DNA from: an uncultured virus (IMG/VR IMGVR_UViG_3300046171_000308)
Lineage: Duplodnaviria; Heunggongvirae; Uroviricota; Caudoviricetes
Virus record (IMG/VR): IMGVR_UViG_3300046171_000308
Direction: 5' to 3' (one strand)
DNA length: 20,000 nucleotides
The position numbers were made by a program, and so were the translations under genes. Under the pieces are notes generated by a model. It saw only the letters and a program-made list of their open reading frames with translations, was not told the DNA's origin and did no database searches. Shown here piece by piece: positions 16,021-20,000 of this stretch; positions within the stretch are counted from its first letter, which is position 1, and each line of letters opens with the position of its first letter.

Positions 16021-16764
16021 ATGAGTACACACAAAATAGGTCTCAACGAGACACAAATTAAAGCCCTAATTAAGCCGACCCCAGAAGAGGATATCTTGAC
16101 CAGACCAGGTGCTGGTTTCCAGATGTCTTACGTAACTGGTGAATATGTCAAGCGGACAATGCTAGATGTATTTAACGGCGCAATGAGATATGAAGTATTG
16201 AAGCACATTGTGCAAGACAATAGCCTAATCATTCATGTTTCTATAGAATACCCATTGTACGAAAATCACAAGAACGGTAGCGTTCTATGTGACACATGGG
16301 GTAAGATAGAAGAATTTGGTACTGCCACTATTAGAGGTGACTTCGGCCAAGCTTGGAAAACCGCTTTTACCGATGCACTAAAGAGAGCTGCTACCCATTT
16401 AGGAGTCGGCCTTGACCTTTACCACAAAACTCAAGAAATAAAGGAAGTAACTAGTAATGCTAAACCAAAGTGGGTAGAAGTAGCAGAGAAAGTTTCTGCA
16501 CAACCAAAAACCACTCAAACACCAACCACCTTTGGTACTGCATCACCTTGTAGTCCAGCTCAAAAGGGGTTAATCATGTATCTACTATCAGACTTAGGAC
16601 ATCAAGGAGATGTAGCCTGGTTAGCAGAGCAAACTGGAGTACCAGCAGAAACCCTTGGAAAAATTACTAAAAAAGATGACGCTGAATGTTTACCAATTGA
16701 CAAGCAAGTAGCCTCTTCTATCATTACAACATTAAAGGACTTACAGGCACTAGGTAGCCAATAA
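16021..16764 (+). CDS. Rad52/Rad22 (Sak)-family single-strand annealing protein (probable start ATG 16021)
   Basis: TRPGAGFQMSYVTGEYVKRTMLDVFNG and AWKTAFTDALKRAATHLGVGLDLY signatures; GGAGG SD at 16008-16012; small helical C-terminal domain. Confidence 0.9.
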   Translation: MSTHKIGLNETQIKALIKPTPEEDILTRPGAGFQMSYVTGEYVKRTMLDVFNGAMRYEVLKHIVQDNSLIIHVSIEYPLYENHKNGSVLCDTWGKIEEFGTATIRGDFGQAWKTAFTDALKRAATHLGVGLDLYHKTQEIKEVTSNAKPKWVEVAEKVSAQPKTTQTPTTFGTASPCSPAQKGLIMYLLSDLGHQGDVAWLAEQTGVPAETLGKITKKDDAECLPIDKQVASSIITTLKDLQALGSQ

Positions 16765-16795
16765 GCTAATAGCTCGTTTGATACAGGTGATATTT

Positions 16796-18088
16796 ATGCT
16801 CAAGAAAGGAAGTCTACTTACGCTGTTTAAGGAATATTATTCCAAGGCTAGTCTCGAAGTAGATAGTATTCCTAGACGAGAGTTTGCCTTTATGACCTGG
16901 GATGGTAGAATGATTCGCCACCAGGCTCATAAGAATGAGGAGAGTATCCTTGAGTTTGCCCAGCAGCGCGCTCCTAAAGCAATCTACGCAAGTCTGTCTA
17001 AATATCTCGACCCATCTCATAGGCTACCAAAGAATGTCGATAGAAAGACAGTCAATTGTCAAGAGTGCGGCGAATCTTACAAAGCAGAAGGTAACAACCC
17101 ACCTTGCCCCAGCTGTGGAGTACAGAACGAGAAAGCTGACATCAACACCAAAGACCGACGAGCTATGACATTAGCATTCGACATAGACTATGGAGACATC
17201 CCCGGTCACACAAAAAGAAGCCCCAAGGAAAACCTCGGGGCTGCTGCACGTTCTACTATTAATTTAGTCAACTTACTTACTCAGGATTTAGGATTCGACC
17301 AACAATCAATACACATTACCTTTTCAGGTCAAAAGGGATTCCATATTCGTGTAGCTACTGATAACCACCCGCTATTTTCTCAACACGCTGCTACAGACGA
17401 ATTCGTCAGAAAGTCTCTAATCAATTATGTTAGTGGCTACAACTTCAAAGCTATGGATTTCTTACTTGTTACTGCACATGCCCATTCAGCTAATACTTGG
17501 CATCTCAAGAGCTACAATAGCGGCTGGGGCAAGAGGTTCAACGAGTCTATAGAATACATCATTAAGATGGCGTTTGGCGACAAAGAGACATTCCGTTCTG
17601 TACTAGACATGTACATGCCATGGTACGAAGATAAAGAACGCAAAGGCACAAAAAAATCCCTTCCATCAGCTAAAGTGATAGAAGGGTTCAAGTCTGCATG
17701 TGTTAAACATGGAGAGTCTGTTCTCAAAGGAGGCAATGTAAGAGAGCTAGGAGACGCTAATGCAAAAAGACTCATGTCTTTCGCTCTTTCTCGTTCTCGC
17801 CTGCGCTACGCTTCTTTTGTAGATAGTAGAGTCACAGCAGACAAAGCTAGAGTTCTGCGTATACCAGGTTCTATTCATGGTGGTTCAGGTATGGTTTGTT
17901 GTACTGTACCAAGCGTCGAACATCTAAATGACATGAGCTGGATATTAGATTTACAAGCAGAGTTACTTGGAACTGACCAAGTAGAAGTTTCTATTTCTAA
18001 GGTAGCTAATACTCTGTATGGAGTCTACGAACCAGGAGAACATACAGTACCTAAGAACGTAGCAATATCCATGCTATGCAAACAATAA
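16796..18088 (+). CDS. priS: Archaeo-eukaryotic primase small (catalytic) subunit with a Zn-ribbon insertion (probable start ATG 16796)
   Basis: RREFAF, PKAIYASLSKYLDP, LAFDIDYGD (DxD), FSGQKGFHI, VDSRVTADKARVLRIPGSIHGGSG; AGGTGA SD at 16785-16790. Confidence 0.95.
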   Translation: MLKKGSLLTLFKEYYSKASLEVDSIPRREFAFMTWDGRMIRHQAHKNEESILEFAQQRAPKAIYASLSKYLDPSHRLPKNVDRKTVNCQECGESYKAEGNNPPCPSCGVQNEKADINTKDRRAMTLAFDIDYGDIPGHTKRSPKENLGAAARSTINLVNLLTQDLGFDQQSIHITFSGQKGFHIRVATDNHPLFSQHAATDEFVRKSLINYVSGYNFKAMDFLLVTAHAHSANTWHLKSYNSGWGKRFNESIEYIIKMAFGDKETFRSVLDMYMPWYEDKERKGTKKSLPSAKVIEGFKSACVKHGESVLKGGNVRELGDANAKRLMSFALSRSRLRYASFVDSRVTADKARVLRIPGSIHGGSGMVCCTVPSVEHLNDMSWILDLQAELLGTDQVEVSISKVANTLYGVYEPGEHTVPKNVAISMLCKQ

Positions 18089-18091
18089 AAC

Positions 18092-18128
18092 AAAAAAAAA
18101 GAGAGAGAAGGGGTTGACCTTCTCTCTC
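18092..18128 (-). terminator. Hairpin plus T-tract terminator between convergent operons
   Basis: Perfect 11-bp stem GAGAGAGAAGG (18101-18111)/CCTTCTCTCTC (18118-18128) with a 6-nt loop, followed on the minus strand by T9 (18100-18092). Confidence 0.75.
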
Positions 18129-18480
18129 AATTGATTTCATCTAACTTCTTTTCGCAGTCTAGGATATATTCTCCTAGCGCTTCAAAGTCTTTTATCCGGA
18201 TAAACGAAGTATCAGTTCTATTTCCTAACGCTGTCTTGGTTGGAATTAGAGTTGCTTCAACAAATGGTTGTCTCTTCAGATGAAGAATTCTATTCGTCGC
18301 TTCGTTATGTGTTAGTCCGTTTTGTTTCGATGACCGCTGTACGTTTAGATAATCACAGATATCCCGTGCGGAAACCCAATCATTCTCTTCGTTGACACGT
18401 GTCATCACTATTTTTTCTATGGATTGCGCGATTAGTATTCGCCTGGTCCATTTTCTTTTTCTTTTTTTCCAGTTACTCAT
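18127..18480 (-). CDS. Basic winged-helix-like protein (probable start ATG 18480)
   Basis: GGTGA SD at 18486-18490; WVSARDICDYLN...LTHNEATNRILHLK HTH-like pattern. Confidence 0.65.
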   Translation of the reverse strand: MSNWKKRKRKWTRRILIAQSIEKIVMTRVNEENDWVSARDICDYLNVQRSSKQNGLTHNEATNRILHLKRQPFVEATLIPTKTALGNRTDTSFIRIKDFEALGEYILDCEKKLDEIN

Positions 18481-18823
18481 TATTATCACCATATAGGTTT
18501 TTGAGTTCTGTTAATGGATAAGCTAAATCCCCGCATAAAGGGCATGTAGCTTCTCCACTGTTCTCATCAATGCATGCAGCTGGCTCGAAGTTTTTATTTT
18601 CTTGCCATCCACAATAGTCTTTCTGTGCTTCTTTGATATGTTTACAGGTACGTCTATGCACCAAATATCCTTTACATTCGCACTGCCACTTCCATATTAC
18701 TTTATTATCTCTAAGTCTATGATATTGGCCATATATTACATTGTATCTTCTTGTACCATCTGTACTGAGTATAATATTAGAATAATATTCATTGGTTCTG
18801 CAACCATGGTTTACTTTCTCCAT
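18473..18823 (-). CDS. SWIM zinc-finger protein with an additional CxxC knuckle (probable start ATG 18823)
   Basis: SS/T-DG-RRYNV...WQCECKGYLVHRRTCKHIKEA (CxC-Xn-CxH) plus CPLCG; GGAGGT SD at 18830-18835. Confidence 0.8.
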   Translation of the reverse strand: MEKVNHGCRTNEYYSNIILSTDGTRRYNVIYGQYHRLRDNKVIWKWQCECKGYLVHRRTCKHIKEAQKDYCGWQENKNFEPAACIDENSGEATCPLCGDLAYPLTELKNLYGDNNE

Positions 18824-18827
18824 ATTT

Positions 18828-19034
18828 CTACCTCCGTTTACGTGGTCTTGCTCGGGCAAATTCATTGTCGCCCTTTTTTTGAATCACTATCTTGGTTTTT
18901 TCCCAGCCATACCAGTCATCGACTTCCAGGTCCTCAAGGACTCCTTCTAGCCATGCTGTATTGACTCTCAATTGATGTGGTTCTTCATTGGGCCAAAATA
19001 ATTTGGCCACTTGTTCTAATGTTAAGTAGGACAT
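18828..19034 (-). CDS. Small hypothetical protein
   Basis: Fills the gap between co-oriented genes (2-nt and 4-nt spacing); GAGG upstream. Confidence 0.6.
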   Translation of the reverse strand: MSYLTLEQVAKLFWPNEEPHQLRVNTAWLEGVLEDLEVDDWYGWEKTKIVIQKKGDNEFARARPRKRR

Positions 19035-19036
19035 TA

Positions 19037-19300
19037 TTAGTCCTCGTTAAAAACATAAACACCCGCTTTCTTTTGCTTGTCTTTAGGTGTTATTCTTTTC
19101 ATCTCGCCTTTATTGATACACCTTTTCACAAAAAATTGTACCCGTCTATTGCACCTGGGTGCGAAGTGACGGGACATATTTTCTATTAGGTGTTCATAGA
19201 CGCTTCTGGTAGTGAAGGGAGATGACACTCTGGTCTCTTTTAATACTTTGAGCCAGCGAGCATCCCGCTTGTCCATTTTGGTACTCCATTTACTCTTCAT
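19037..19300 (-). CDS. Small basic winged-helix-like protein
   Basis: GGAGG SD; RWLKVLKE...PFTTRSVYEHL...RRVQFFVKRCINKGEMKRI...GVYVF. Confidence 0.68.
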   Translation of the reverse strand: MKSKWSTKMDKRDARWLKVLKETRVSSPFTTRSVYEHLIENMSRHFAPRCNRRVQFFVKRCINKGEMKRITPKDKQKKAGVYVFNED

Positions 19301-19340
19301 CTTATAGGCCTCCTCTAAAGCGGCCTTTATTTTTATTGTC

Positions 19341-19922
19341 CTAAGACATCAATTCACAAATTCGAGCAACAATTTCGTACTTCTTACCATAAACGCTCAT
19401 GCCGAGGTCTTTAGCTACTGCTTTGACTTCTTCATAGTTCATGTGGTTGAGTTCTTCTTTTGTTGGTATCTCTTTTGCATTTTGAATATTTTCTTCGACC
19501 TTCTTAGGCGAGGCCTTTTTGGCAGCTTTCTTTGGTGCTGCTTTCTTCGGTTTCTTAACCGTTTTAACTACTCTAACGTTCTTTCTTAGACCTATCTTTA
19601 CGTCTATGAATTGATTTAAAACGCTATTATTAGCTGTAGTTCTTTTTTCTATAGAGTTTATATGTCGGCGGATTTCTCCTCTACGACGACCATCCTCTAC
19701 AGTTGTTAATTCCCTAAGTAATTCAATAGCTCTTTCATGTTCTGCTATCTGTAAATGACATAAGCTGTCAAATACTCCTTTAGGGTTAGGTACGGATACT
19801 TCCCAGTGATTAATTATTTCAATGTTCACTGTTTCAATACCCTTTTCTTTTCCATAGGCCATAGCAGCTTCGACGGTTTCTCGATTATCTGCTAAGACCT
19901 TACTCTTGGTTCTTCTTACCAT
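19341..19922 (-). CDS. Basic protein with a Lys/Ala/Pro-rich tract and a C-terminal SAP/HeH (Rho-N-like) domain
   Basis: KKPKKAAPKKAAKKASPKK followed by PTKEELNHMNYEEVKAVAKDLGMSVYGKKYEIVARI (helix-extension-helix pattern). Confidence 0.75.
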   Translation of the reverse strand: MVRRTKSKVLADNRETVEAAMAYGKEKGIETVNIEIINHWEVSVPNPKGVFDSLCHLQIAEHERAIELLRELTTVEDGRRRGEIRRHINSIEKRTTANNSVLNQFIDVKIGLRKNVRVVKTVKKPKKAAPKKAAKKASPKKVEENIQNAKEIPTKEELNHMNYEEVKAVAKDLGMSVYGKKYEIVARICELMS

Positions 19923-20000
19923 GTTTATCTTATTGCTTCATTGTGAAGCATCATTTGCGAAGTTACAAATTTTTTGTAGTTTCTCGGACTGTGCAAGAGT

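Larger units (their letters stand above)
1..20000. mobile_element. Segment of an archaeal dsDNA virus/provirus genome (possibly tailless with an internal membrane)
   Basis: Tightly packed and overlapping genes, mostly without recognisable function. MCM, PriS, Rad52-like, RusA and TFB-like genes lie next to a repeat-rich origin-like region. Archaeal SD sites (AGGTGA/GAGGTGA at 5669-5674, 7927-7933, 9871-9877, 16785-16790). No housekeeping operon. Element ends are not visible. Confidence 0.85.

Noticed and set aside
1709..17775. Many short antisense or alternate-frame ORFs in the track (e.g. 1709-1921, 2350-2682, 3591-3956, 3957-4142, 5465-5659, 6034-6303, 6935-7153, 8427-8696, 11694-12041, 13154-13390, 16814-17020, 17512-17775)
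   Set aside because: Nested in or opposite longer genes that have motifs, SD sites or coupling; shadow-like composition and no independent signals.
19303..19330. Small hairpin AGGCC-N11-GGCCT covering the SD of gene 19300
   Set aside because: Only a 5-bp core stem; compatible with chance.
19934..20000. TGCTTCA-N3-TGAAGCA palindrome and a possible 3' end of an upstream minus-strand ORF (stop at 19938-19940)
   Set aside because: Single short palindrome and only about 20 codons visible at the window edge; too little to call.
1..20000. Firm assignment to a named virus family or host
   Set aside because: No capsid, packaging or polymerase marker is in the window and no search could be run. An archaeal host is well supported; Poseidoniales is only a guess.

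Overview
The whole window reads as a gene-dense, moderately AT-rich segment of an archaeal dsDNA virus or provirus. Archaeal origin is supported by GGTGA/GGAGGT Shine-Dalgarno sites, leaderless operon heads, MCM, PriS and a TFB-like factor. A marine Poseidoniales host is plausible but only inferred. Left (<1-4363, minus strand): a putative virion morphogenesis operon headed by a transglutaminase-like Cys-His-Glu protease. It is followed by three tail-anchored membrane proteins, a large basic protein and an edge-truncated ORF missing from the ORF track; these proteins carry recurrent [L/F/M/I]-Gly motifs that may be cleavage sites. Middle: RusA, acidic and coiled-coil hypothetical proteins, a divergent TFB, and a cysteine-free glutaredoxin-fold protein overlapping it. 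Right: an origin-like array of about 15 CCACCCTTT repeats, a winged-helix candidate initiator, MCM, a Rad52-family annealase and PriS, converging at a hairpin terminator with a cluster of small DNA-binding genes. Two distinct repeated promoter motifs separate the replication operons from the other operons, suggesting a TFB-driven transcription switch. No capsid protein, packaging ATPase, DNA polymerase, integrase, RNA gene or CRISPR array is recognisable. All calls come from motif reading by eye; no searches were run.
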